Assembly (NCBI GenBank): GCA_910577995.1
Contig: CAJTND010000012.1
Coordinates: 8,649-35,556 of the forward strand
Length of the DNA stretch: 26,908 nt
From: an uncultured Christensenella sp.
GTDB taxonomy: Bacteria > Bacillota > Clostridia > Christensenellales > Pumilibacteraceae
Direction of reading: 5' to 3'
The notes beneath the pieces were generated by a model. The model searched no databases and was not told the DNA's origin. It saw nothing but the letters and a program-made list of their open reading frames with translations. Shown here in pieces: positions 17,148 to 25,100 of this stretch. Every line of letters starts with the position of its first letter. Within the stretch, counting starts at the first letter, position 1. A program made the translations under genes and the position numbers.

Positions 17148-17365
17148 CTACTCTTGCTTATCAAGTGTACCGAAAGTATCTGTACTCTCGGTAGGAAAAT
17201 CGAAGCCGCTATCTAAAAGCACATTTAACGAAATGTGCCGCCGTGTTTCTTCGCGCTTGACTTTTTTTCGTATTTTTCCAACGGCTCGAACACCGCCGCA
17301 ACCTCGTCCGTTACTTCAATTTCTTCCGTATATCCGTTTGCAAATTTGTAGTGAATTATAGGCAT
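17148..17365 (-). pseudogene. Frameshifted remnant of a conjugative-element/phage-type small HTH (sigma-70 region-4-like) protein
   Basis: The minus-strand ATG at 17365 gives MPIIHYKFANGYTEEIEVTDEVAAVFEPLEKYEKKSSAKKHGGTFR*. A different frame continues ETRRHISLNVLLDSGFDFPTESTDTFGTLDKQE*. The Y-x-FANG-x-x-E-[IV]-EV ... RRH-x-SL pattern is what I recall from small HTH proteins of Firmicutes ICEs. The C-terminal HTH part is missing. Confidence 0.6.
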
Positions 17366-17453
17366 ATTATTTTTCTCTAAACCGAGCGAGCAAAGTGTTA
17401 AAACTTGAACTGCTACTTATTTCATTATCGGGGATAAACAAGTATTCAAAGCC

Positions 17454-18389
17454 TTATTGTATTGCGCGTTCTTTTTTTGCCATAACATCAGCATCGTTTA
17501 CTTTCCTCCTATCCTTCACTTCAACCAAATAATATTTATCTGCAGTTTCAACAACGAAGTCCGGTCTGTATTCGTGTCCGCGATTATATGTGATATTAAA
17601 TTGCTTCGCCGCAGGGCGCAACCATTGCAAAACCTCATCGGAATTATCGCAAGCAAGCGCAAATAATCTTTCGGGATTGCTGTCGAACTTAAAACACTTG
17701 GTGGCAGATTTTCTTGAACCGTTATACACGATAGTTTTTATGCTTTGACCTGTTTTAGGCGCAACAGCGATACTTTGCACTCCGTCTGTTATATCAACGT
17801 AATAACCCTGTATAATCGTTTCAATTTCTTGAACAATATCCACAATACCGTCATACTTAACTGCAAGATGTTGTATAAGTTGCGTTTTGAACTTATCAAT
17901 TATATCATGATACTCCATAATGCAAATACTGCGAACTTCTTGCTCGGTATATTTAGCTCGGTAATGCGTTAAAAACTGCATAACGATTTTTTGTATCAAT
18001 TTCAGGCATTTCTCGTAGTCGATTTCGTTTATTTTTCTAATCCAATCGATAAGCAATTTTTCAGGCTTTTCCGTATTGTAATCGATTACTCTACCTTTTA
18101 GCGTGTACGTTTCTTCCAACGAATCTATCATATTCTTAACCAATAAATCGTTACGGATAGGGACGTAGGTCATATTAGCTAAATCAAGGTCGAAATCCTG
18201 TATTATGTATTGTTCTTCACCGATTTGCTCGGTACGAATTTTCGGTATATACATCGTTTTTTCTTGAATACGGTCAACGATATTATTTTCCGAAACGCCG
18301 AACATCAATTCGATTATTTTTTGTAAGTCCGTCTCTTCACGAAATTGCTCACCGTGGTCGCGCTCAACCGCTAACCCCAAATTCTTGCT
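17454..18389 (-). pseudogene. C-terminal fragment of a type III restriction Res / DEAD-box-helicase-linked endonuclease (helicase part missing)
   Basis: The C-terminal block FDSNPERLFALACDNSDEVLQWLRPAAKQFNITYNRGHEYRPDFVVETADKYYLVEVKD is the PD-(D/E)xK nuclease signature found at the C-terminus of roughly 900-1000 aa Res-type enzymes. The frame opens only 8 nt after the fic stop, and the track start is a non-ATG (TTG) with no RBS. After the TAA at 17454 the same frame continues GFEYLFIPDNEI.... Confidence 0.6.
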
Positions 18390-18397
18390 TTAATTTA

Positions 18398-19288
18398 TCA
18401 GTATTGCACTTTGAAATAGTCAAGGTAAAGTTTGAATTTGTCTTGTGCCGTTAGGCAAGTATCACGCAAATAACCGCGTTCGGTCTGCCATTCCTTTAAG
18501 CCGCGATAGTAGAACAGTTTAAGCTCTTCGTCTATGATAAACGGCACGATATTGTATTTTAGGCACTCTTTGAATAAAAGCAGTCTGCCGATACGCCCGT
18601 TGCCGTCTTGGAATGGGTGAATACACTCGAATTTGTAATGAAAGTCCAAAAGGTCGTCGAACGTCTTTTCTTTCTTCTCGTTATACTCGAAAAGCAGTTC
18701 TTTCATTTTTTGGGAAACTTCTTCGGGCTGTGCTGTGAACATATCGCCGACGGTGTTCGGCAGGCGTTTGTAATCGCCGACTGCGAACCAATCCTGACGT
18801 GAGTCCGTCGTCCCGCTTTTCAACGTGCGGTGCAATTCTTTTATAAAGGTTTCCGTGATCGGCTTTTTTGCGTTTTCGATAATCAAGTCGATACACTTAA
18901 AGTGATTTGCCGTTTCTACGATGTCGTCAACCTTTACCGCGCCGCCGTCAATGCCGATCGTATTCGTTTCAAATATATAGCGCGTTTGGTCGTGCGTTAA
19001 GCGACTGCCTTCGATATGGTTGGAATTGTAGGTCAATTCAATTTGCACTTTATGATAAATGCCGCCCGAAAGTTTGGCGCGTCTTTCTGCCGTCAGCACT
19101 TCCAAAAGGGTAATCGGCAATTCAATTTTTTTATTTGCTCTGTCCGGCTTTTGCGCGTCTTCTGGTATATTCCAAGTCTTGCCTGTTAAAAATGCGCCGT
19201 CAACTTTTCCCAACGCGCAGTAGTTACGAACGCTCCGTTCCGATATATTCCATTTCTTTGCCGTTTCGGTTACAGACAGATATTTCAT
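18398..19288 (-). CDS. Fic family protein (AMPylase-type) with N-terminal HTH and an intramolecular inhibitory motif
   Basis: The ATG at 19288 has GAGGTG 8 nt upstream. The N-terminal HTH is MKYLSVTETAKKWNISERSVRNYCALGKV. The inhibitory (S/T)xxxE(G/N) motif is SNHIEG and the Fic core motif is HPFQDGNGRIGR. Confidence 0.92.
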   Translation of the reverse strand: MKYLSVTETAKKWNISERSVRNYCALGKVDGAFLTGKTWNIPEDAQKPDRANKKIELPITLLEVLTAERRAKLSGGIYHKVQIELTYNSNHIEGSRLTHDQTRYIFETNTIGIDGGAVKVDDIVETANHFKCIDLIIENAKKPITETFIKELHRTLKSGTTDSRQDWFAVGDYKRLPNTVGDMFTAQPEEVSQKMKELLFEYNEKKEKTFDDLLDFHYKFECIHPFQDGNGRIGRLLLFKECLKYNIVPFIIDEELKLFYYRGLKEWQTERGYLRDTCLTAQDKFKLYLDYFKVQY

Positions 19289-19309
19289 TGCAATAGCACC
19301 TCGTTTATA

Positions 19310-19338
19310 AGTATAGCACATTATCGGCAAAAAAGCAA
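19310..19338 (-). promoter_or_regulatory. Candidate promoter of fic
   Basis: On the minus strand: TTGCTT (19338-19333), 17-bp spacer, TATACT (19315-19310), preceded by TGc (extended -10). Confidence 0.45.
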
Positions 19339-19443
19339 TAGCAAGAACAGCAAAAACGCAATATTTTTGCCGTTGTCGGAAAGAAAAATGTGTTTGCTAC
19401 TTCCGTTAGACCCGTTAATATTTTTAGCTCCGATCGCTCTCCG

Positions 19444-19468
19444 AAACTTCGCTCGGGGCTGATAGGAT
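19444..19468. repeat. Right 25-bp direct repeat (att-like)
   Basis: See 17036-17060. In the same register this copy reads N F A R G TGA TAG, so the double stop is preserved. Confidence 0.75.
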
Positions 19469-19487
19469 AACTGCTTTATTAAACGAA

Positions 19488-19508
19488 ACACCCGATCGGG
19501 TGTTTTTT
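19488..19508 (+). terminator. Orphan rho-independent terminator (probably the original terminator of the 16086..17054 gene)
   Basis: ACACCC-gatc-GGGTGT followed by TTTTTT on the + strand. There is no + strand gene within 2.4 kb upstream, yet it sits 20 nt after the right direct repeat. Confidence 0.75.
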
Positions 19509-19531
19509 CGTAAATGTATTTTTTATGCGGT

Positions 19532-19560
19532 GTTGACATTACGGCGCGGACGTGGTATGA
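19532..19560 (+). promoter_or_regulatory. SigA-type promoter
   Basis: TTGACA (19532-19537), 17-bp spacer, TGgTATGAT (19552-19560). Confidence 0.6.
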
Positions 19561-19591
19561 TGAGCGTATATTCGATGCGGAGGCGGGGGAT

Positions 19592-20002
19592 ATGCGAAAA
19601 AGGATTCTGATACCTATATTTGCGATAGGGATAGCGGAGGCGGTCGCTTTTGCCGTTTTGAGCTTTGTCGATATTATCCCCGCGCGCTCGGTACTGCCCG
19701 GGCTTGACGCGAACGGTAACGAGATATTTATTGAGCGGACTTATTGGTTCTCGATATACGAGCTGATGTGCGCCGACGGTACGCTCGGCTCGACGGTGAT
19801 ATTCGCAATGTCGGGCGCGGTGTACGGGCTGACGGCGGTCGGGTGCGCGTCGGGGATATATCTTTGCGCGTCGGCGCGCGGACAAAAGCTCGGCAAAGCT
19901 TTTTTCGGCGCGTGCGTTTCCATGCTGATATCCGTCGGCTTGTCCGTGCTGCTGTTTCTCGTTTGCCGTATCGCGGCGTTCGGATTGACGCCGTGTTTTT
20001 AG
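19592..20002 (+). CDS. Small integral membrane protein (136 aa, about 4 TM); function unknown
   Basis: The ATG at 19592 has GGAGGCGGGGG upstream. The track start at 19514 would overlap the promoter. The sequence contains hydrophobic segments. Confidence 0.6.
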   Translation: MRKRILIPIFAIGIAEAVAFAVLSFVDIIPARSVLPGLDANGNEIFIERTYWFSIYELMCADGTLGSTVIFAMSGAVYGLTAVGCASGIYLCASARGQKLGKAFFGACVSMLISVGLSVLLFLVCRIAAFGLTPCF

Positions 20003-20022
20003 AAAGAAGTTTTTTTAACTCA

Positions 20023-20054
20023 AAAGACCGTCCGTTAAATCGGGCGGTCTTTTA
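20023..20054. terminator. Bidirectional terminator between convergent genes
   Basis: aaaAGACCGTCCG-ttaaat-CGGGCGGTCTtttaa, with one G-U pair. Confidence 0.75.
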
Positions 20055-20074
20055 AGTTCCGAAGGCAAGATCGG

Positions 20075-20233
20075 TCAGTCTATCTCGAAGTGGCTTCCGC
20101 CGTGCTGCGTCGGAGGCATTCTGTTGCCTTTCTTGACGCGAACCGTGCCGACGACGCGACCGTTAGGCGATACGACATTGTATTCGCCGGTCTTGGGCGC
20201 GATCTCGCCCGATGTCAACTTGTTGGATTTCAT
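20075..20233 (-). CDS. YjzC-like small protein (52 aa), absent from the ORF track (below its size cut-off)
   Basis: Minus strand: GAGGAGGG, 6 nt, then ATG. The product is MKSNKLTSGEIAPKTGEYNVVSPNGRVVGTVRVKKGNRMPPTQHGGSHFEID. The G-x-x-AP-x-x-G-x-Y ... G-x-x-x-PPT pattern resembles the YjzC family (from memory). Confidence 0.6.
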   Translation of the reverse strand: MKSNKLTSGEIAPKTGEYNVVSPNGRVVGTVRVKKGNRMPPTQHGGSHFEID

Positions 20234-20346
20234 CTTGATCCCTCCTCGTATTTAGCTTGCGCCGTTCCGCCGAGTTTATACGTTTTTTGTTCGATTTTGT
20301 CGAATCATATTGCCTGCCGTGCGCGCTATTTACACGGTCAAAAATG

Positions 20347-20375
20347 TTGACAAATCAACAAATTTGCTGTATAAT
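20347..20375 (+). promoter_or_regulatory. Consensus SigA promoter
   Basis: TTGACA (20347-20352), 17-bp spacer, TATAAT (20370-20375). Confidence 0.65.
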
Positions 20376-20409
20376 GGCGATACGGTGAAATGACCCGAAG
20401 GAGAGAGCG

Positions 20410-21129
20410 GTGAAAAAGATATTCTTTACAGTCAACATAATACTTATCGTCGCGGTGCTTATCGGCGACGTATGCTTTACGGCGCTTGGGGGACTGCCGT
20501 TAAAGGGCGTTACGAGCGCTGGGTTCGTTATCCTCGGCGCGGTCGATCTCGCTTATGCTTTCCTGACGCATGCGGAAAACAGAAAATATCCCGTCGTGAT
20601 GCTCGTCGGGCTTGCGTTCGCAATGGCGGGCGACGTCGTTTTGAATATCCATTTTATAGGCGGCGCGATACTGTTTGCCGTCGGGCACGTGTTCTACTTC
20701 GCGGCGTACTGCTTTTTGCACAGGTTCAAGCCGATTGACCTCGTTTACGGCGCGGCGCTGTTCGTGCCGTCGGTGCTGTTGATAACGCTCGCGCCGATAT
20801 TCGATTTCGGCGGCGTCGCTATGGAAATAGTGTGCGTGGTATACGCCGCCGTTATTTCCTGTATGGTCGGTAAGGCGGTTTCCAACCTCGTCGCGCAAAG
20901 GAGCTTGCTCAATATAGTATTGACCGTCGGCAGCTGTCTTTTCTTCTTTTCCGATCTCATGCTGCTGTTCAACGTGTTCGGCGACCTGCCGAGGATAGTG
21001 GATATACTTTGTCTTGCGACGTATTATCCCGCGCAGTGTCTGCTCGCTTTTTCCGTGTTTGTCGGCGCGAACGCGAATATGGAAGATCGGGCGAACGACT
21101 TTATCGTCAGGGAAGCGCCGGAGCTTTAA
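20410..21129 (+). CDS. YhhN/TMEM86 family (lysoplasmalogenase-like) membrane protein
   Basis: GTG start with AAGGAGAG 5 nt upstream. Eight hydrophobic segments, with the two conserved acidic motifs AMAGDVVLN and FFFSDLMLLF typical of YhhN proteins. Confidence 0.8.
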   Translation: MKKIFFTVNIILIVAVLIGDVCFTALGGLPLKGVTSAGFVILGAVDLAYAFLTHAENRKYPVVMLVGLAFAMAGDVVLNIHFIGGAILFAVGHVFYFAAYCFLHRFKPIDLVYGAALFVPSVLLITLAPIFDFGGVAMEIVCVVYAAVISCMVGKAVSNLVAQRSLLNIVLTVGSCLFFFSDLMLLFNVFGDLPRIVDILCLATYYPAQCLLAFSVFVGANANMEDRANDFIVREAPEL

Positions 21130-21189
21130 CGGAAGAACGGCGATACTCTTACACTTTGTTATCGTAAAGCTTCTATTTAACAAAATAAT

Positions 21190-21225
21190 AAGCCGTCGTC
21201 TTTTGGAAAAAGGCGGCGGCTTTTC
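21190..21225. terminator. Terminator hairpin between convergent genes (better on the + transcript)
   Basis: AGCCGTCGTC-ttttggaaaaa-GGCGGCGGCTttt. The + strand RNA has two G-U pairs; the minus RNA has two C-A mismatches. Confidence 0.65.
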
Positions 21226-21243
21226 GGTAGTAGGGACAGCTCC

Positions 21244-21699
21244 TCAGTTATGCAGGAATCGGCGCATTTCGTCGATGTTTTTTTGCTGTACCCAAAGCAG
21301 CTTATACCCGACGTTTTTTATATCGTCGGCTACGTCGGCGAAATCGGAGAGCTTGCTCGTGCATTCGGTCACGCCCTTTGTCGTGCCGTCGATTATCATT
21401 TTGGCGACCTCGCTGTCGGCGGTGTCGTCGGATATCTTCATGTCTATCATCATGCCAGCCATCTTGCGCACGACCTTGCCGACGGGCTTCGGGTCTTCGC
21501 CGCGTTTTTCGAGCTTTTCGGTTATCTGCGCGCAAACGTCGGAATAATCGAAAATATCCTGTTCGACTGCCTCCCGCAGTTCGCCCGGTCCGATATTGCC
21601 GTTGACGTGCTCGAGCGTGTCGCGTCCCATTTGCGCTGCCTGGTGAAGTTGTTTCAAAAACTCTATCTCGCGGTCGAGTTTTGCTTGCTTTTCGTCCAT
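21244..21699 (-). CDS. Hypothetical helical-bundle protein (151 aa), possibly DUF2383/ferritin-like four-helix bundle
   Basis: The ATG at 21699 (MDEKQAKLDREIEFLKQL...) has AAGGAG 9 nt upstream. The 225-aa track ORF's N-terminal extension is AT-rich junk overlapping the rpoB promoter. The family call is tentative. Confidence 0.6.
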   Translation of the reverse strand: MDEKQAKLDREIEFLKQLHQAAQMGRDTLEHVNGNIGPGELREAVEQDIFDYSDVCAQITEKLEKRGEDPKPVGKVVRKMAGMMIDMKISDDTADSEVAKMIIDGTTKGVTECTSKLSDFADVADDIKNVGYKLLWVQQKNIDEMRRFLHN

Positions 21700-21887
21700 T
21701 TCGTGGTTCTCCTTAGATCGTACTTGCTTTATTGTGCGCAGATAACCGTTTTTCATTATAGTGTCTAAAATTTTGAGCACGGCTTTCCTCTTTCTTATGC
21801 GCGAGCCGCGAGGCGCGGCAGCCGTCGGCGCGGTTTGCTGTCTATACAAAATATCAAAAATAAAACAAAAAATATATATAAATTCAT

Positions 21888-21916
21888 TTGACAATGTTGA
21901 CAAGTCGTGATACAAT
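21888..21916 (+). promoter_or_regulatory. SigA-type promoter of rpoBC
   Basis: TTGACA (21888-21893), 17-bp spacer, TGaTACAAT (21908-21916). It leaves a ~250-nt untranslated leader before rpoB. Confidence 0.6.
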
Positions 21917-22172
21917 ATCAAAATGCGTTAGTGTGCCTAATTGTAGCCACCCGTAACGGCGGTTGCGAACGTAACAAGCGCAATAAGTCTTTGAAAAAGA
22001 GATCGTATAGGTTGCTGTTCACAATCCAAAGCGAATATTCGGACTTACGGAGTTAGGCGAGGGCTTTGCTCCGCTTTTGTGCGTTCGGTCTGTTCGGGAC
22101 GCGTCAAAGGCGGCGTTTTGTCGTCGAATATTGCTTTTTTTACTATAAAATAACCTCTAACAGGAGTTCTTA

Positions 22173-25100
22173 ATGGCTGAAAGAAAGATCACGAAGGTCA
22201 AGTACGGTAATACCGAGCGCATGTCGTTTGCGCAGAGCCGCGAGGTCATCGACATGCCCGACCTTGTGGAAGTGCAGAAAAAGTCATACAACGATTTTAT
22301 TGACAACGGGATAAAAGAGGTGCTTGCGGACTTTTCGCCGATAACCGATTATTCCAACCGTGTCGAGCTGTTTTTCGAGGATTATTCGCTCGGTTTCCGC
22401 GAAGGCAACAATCAGAAGCGCAACTACACCGAGAAGGAATGTAAGGACCGCGACGCGACCTTCGCAGTGCCGCTGTATGTCAAAGTAAGACTTCGCAACT
22501 GCGAGACCGACGAGTCTACGCGTTCCGAGGTGTACATGGGCGATCTGCCCAAGATGACCCCGACGGGATCTTTCATCATAAACGGCGCGGAGCGCGTCGT
22601 CGTCAGTCAGCTCGTGCGCTCGCCCGGCGTTTATTTCGACTATAAAAAAGACATCAAGACCGGTCAGGCGCATTACAGCGCGCAGAACATACCGTCGCGC
22701 GGCGCATGGCTGGAATTCGAGGAGGATTCCTCGGGCGTGCTGTGGGTGCGCGTCGACCGTCAGAAAAAAGTCCTCGCGACCATACTTTTGAGCTGTTTCT
22801 CGGCTGTGACCGAGGGCGGCTTCGGTACGGACGAGAAGCTGCGCGAGATATTCAACAACGATCCGATGATCGAGCTTACCTGTCAGCGCTACGCGGACAA
22901 AGAGGACAAGCCGACGCTCGACGAGGAGCGCGCGCTGTACGAGCTCAACCACAAGCTGAGAAGCGGCGAGACCCCGACGATCGATTCGATCAAGCAGTTC
23001 ATTTACGGAATGTTCTTCGACCGCCGCAAGTACGATATTTCGCGCGTCGGCAGGTACAAATACAATAAGAAGCTCGCGCTCCGTTACCGCGTCGCGGGAC
23101 TGCGCGTCGCCAAAGACGTTATCGACGAGGACGGCATAGTCTACGCCCGCGCCGAGAACAAGCAGACGCACACATCGGCGGACATACTTACCGAGGAGCT
23201 TGCCGAAAAGATCCAGAACGCGGGCATCAACAAGATAAGCGTGCTCGACGAGGACGGCAAGGAGTTCGAGGTCATATCCAACGCGCACGTCGCGCTCGAC
23301 GGTTATATCGACGTAGATCCGCGCAGTATCGGCATAAACGAACGCGTGTACTATCCCGCGCTCAAAGAGCTCATGGACGAGGCGGACGGCGACCGCACCA
23401 AGCTCGCCGAGCTTTGCGCCAAGAACGTCGAAAACCTCATAGTCAAGCATATCGTCGTCGAGGACGTTATCGCGACGGTCAACTATATAATGGGACTGCA
23501 CCACGGTCTCGGCTCCTGCGACAACATCGACCACCTCGGCAACCGCCGCGTGCGCAGCGTCGGCGAGCTTTTGCAAAACCAATTCCGTATCGGTATGTCG
23601 CGGCTGGAGCGCGTCGTGCGCGAGCGCATGCAGATACAGACGGACGCGGAGCTTTCCGCACAGACGCTTATCAACGTCCGCCCCGTGTCGAGCGCGATAA
23701 AAGAGTTTTTCGGCTCGTCGCAGCTCTCGCAGTTCATGGACGAGACCAACCCCATTGCCGAGCTGACGCACAAGCGCAAGCTTTCCGCGCTCGGTCCGGG
23801 CGGTCTTAACCGCGAGCACGTTACCTTCGAGGTGCGTGACGTTCACTACACGCACTATTCGCGTATGTGCCCGATAGAGACGCCCGAAGGTCAGAACATC
23901 GGTCTTATATCGTCGCTTTCGAGCTATGCGCGCATCAACGAGTACGGCTATATAGAAGCGCCGTATCGCAAAGTAGACAAGGTCAATCGCGTCGTCACGT
24001 CGGAGGTCGAGTATTTGCCTGCCGACGAAGAGGACCGCTATATGATAGCGCAGGCGGGGGAGCCGCTCGACGACGATGGTCGGTTCGTGCGTCCGCGCGT
24101 CATGATGCGTTACCGCGATCAGATCGGCGAGGTGTCGAGCGACCGTATAGATTACGTTGACGTTTCTCCGCGCCAGATGGTTTCAGTCGCTACCGCGCTT
24201 ATCCCGTTCCTCGAGAACGACGACTCGCACCGCGCGCTGATGGCGTCCAACATGCAGCGTCAGGCAGTTCCTCTGCTCAAGACTGAAGCGCCGATAGTCG
24301 GAACGGGCATCGAGCACAAGATAGCCTACGACTCGGGCGTTATGATAATAGCGCGCGCGGCGGGCACTGTCGATTATGTCGACGCGGAGCGTATTATCGT
24401 CAACGAGGACGACGGCTCGCGTCAGATGTATATACTCAAAAAGTTCGTCGGGTCCAACCAAGGCACTTGTATCAATCAGCGGCCCATAGTCAATAAGGGC
24501 GACAAGGTGAGAAAAGGTCAGGTGCTTGCCGACGGTCACTCCACCTCGCAGGCGGAGCTTGCGCTCGGCAAGAATATACTCGTCGGCTTTATGGGCTGGG
24601 AGGGCTACAACTACGAGGACGCTATCCTTATAAGCGAGCGTATCGCCAAGGACGACGTTTTTACCTCTATCCATATCAACAAGCACGAGACCGAAGCGCG
24701 CGACACCAAGCTCGGCGCGGAGGAGATAACCCGCGATATACCCAACGTAAGTCCAGAGGCGCTCAAAAACCTCGACGAGGACGGTATCATCCGTATCGGC
24801 GCGGAGGTCGATTCGGGCGATATACTCGTCGGTAAGGTAACGCCCAAGGGCGAGACCGACCTCACGCCCGAGGAACGGCTCCTGCGCGCGATATTCGGCG
24901 ACAAGGCGAGAGAGGTGCGCGACACCTCGCTCAAAGTTCCGCACGGCGAGGGCGGCATAGTGGTAGACGTCAAGGTCTTTACGCGCGCCAACCGCGACGA
25001 GATGAAGCCGGGCGTCAATAAGCTCGTGCGCGTGTATATAGCGCAGAAGCGCAAGATATCCGTCGGCGATAAGATGGCGGGACGTCACGGCAATAAGGGC

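Larger units (their letters stand above)
17061..19443. mobile_element. Degraded integrated element / genomic islet (~2.4 kb, AT-rich, no recombinase)
   Basis: An abrupt drop in G+C is visible by eye. The segment is bracketed by the 25-bp direct repeats. All three genes are on the minus strand, and two are decayed (a frameshifted element-type HTH gene and a truncated restriction-enzyme gene). Confidence 0.55.

Noticed and set aside
17065-17361. 98-aa + strand ORF in the AT-rich islet.
   Set aside because: It has a non-ATG start, no RBS and a Ser/Phe/Leu-rich product. The opposite strand carries a recognisable, though frameshifted, HTH gene.
17061-19443. Calling the islet an intact IS, transposon, prophage or ICE.
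   Set aside because: It has no transposase, integrase or relaxase ORF and no terminal inverted repeats, and two of its three genes are decayed. Only a remnant call is supportable.
16007-19530. Classic tRNA-targeted island with a duplicated tRNA 3' end at its far border.
   Set aside because: I found no copy of the tRNA-Thr 3' segment (ggttcgaatcccggtaacagc) downstream. The only convincing direct repeat is the 25-mer tied to the orphan gene's 3' end.
19321-19539. 72-aa minus-strand ORF upstream of fic, and the extended 310-aa Fic start at 19330.
   Set aside because: The small ORF spans the right direct repeat, the orphan terminator and a + strand promoter, and has no RBS. Fic has a much better start at 19288 (GAGGTG RBS, with the HTH beginning at Met1).
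21897-21902. Second TTGACA hexamer 9 bp after the first, upstream of rpoB.
   Set aside because: It lies only 8 bp from the TACAAT box. Only the first hexamer has the 17-bp spacing needed for a functional -35.
21700-21921. N-terminal 74-aa extension of the 225-aa minus-strand ORF.
   Set aside because: The extension is AT-rich and overlaps the rpoB promoter. The internal ATG at 21699 has a canonical AAGGAG RBS.
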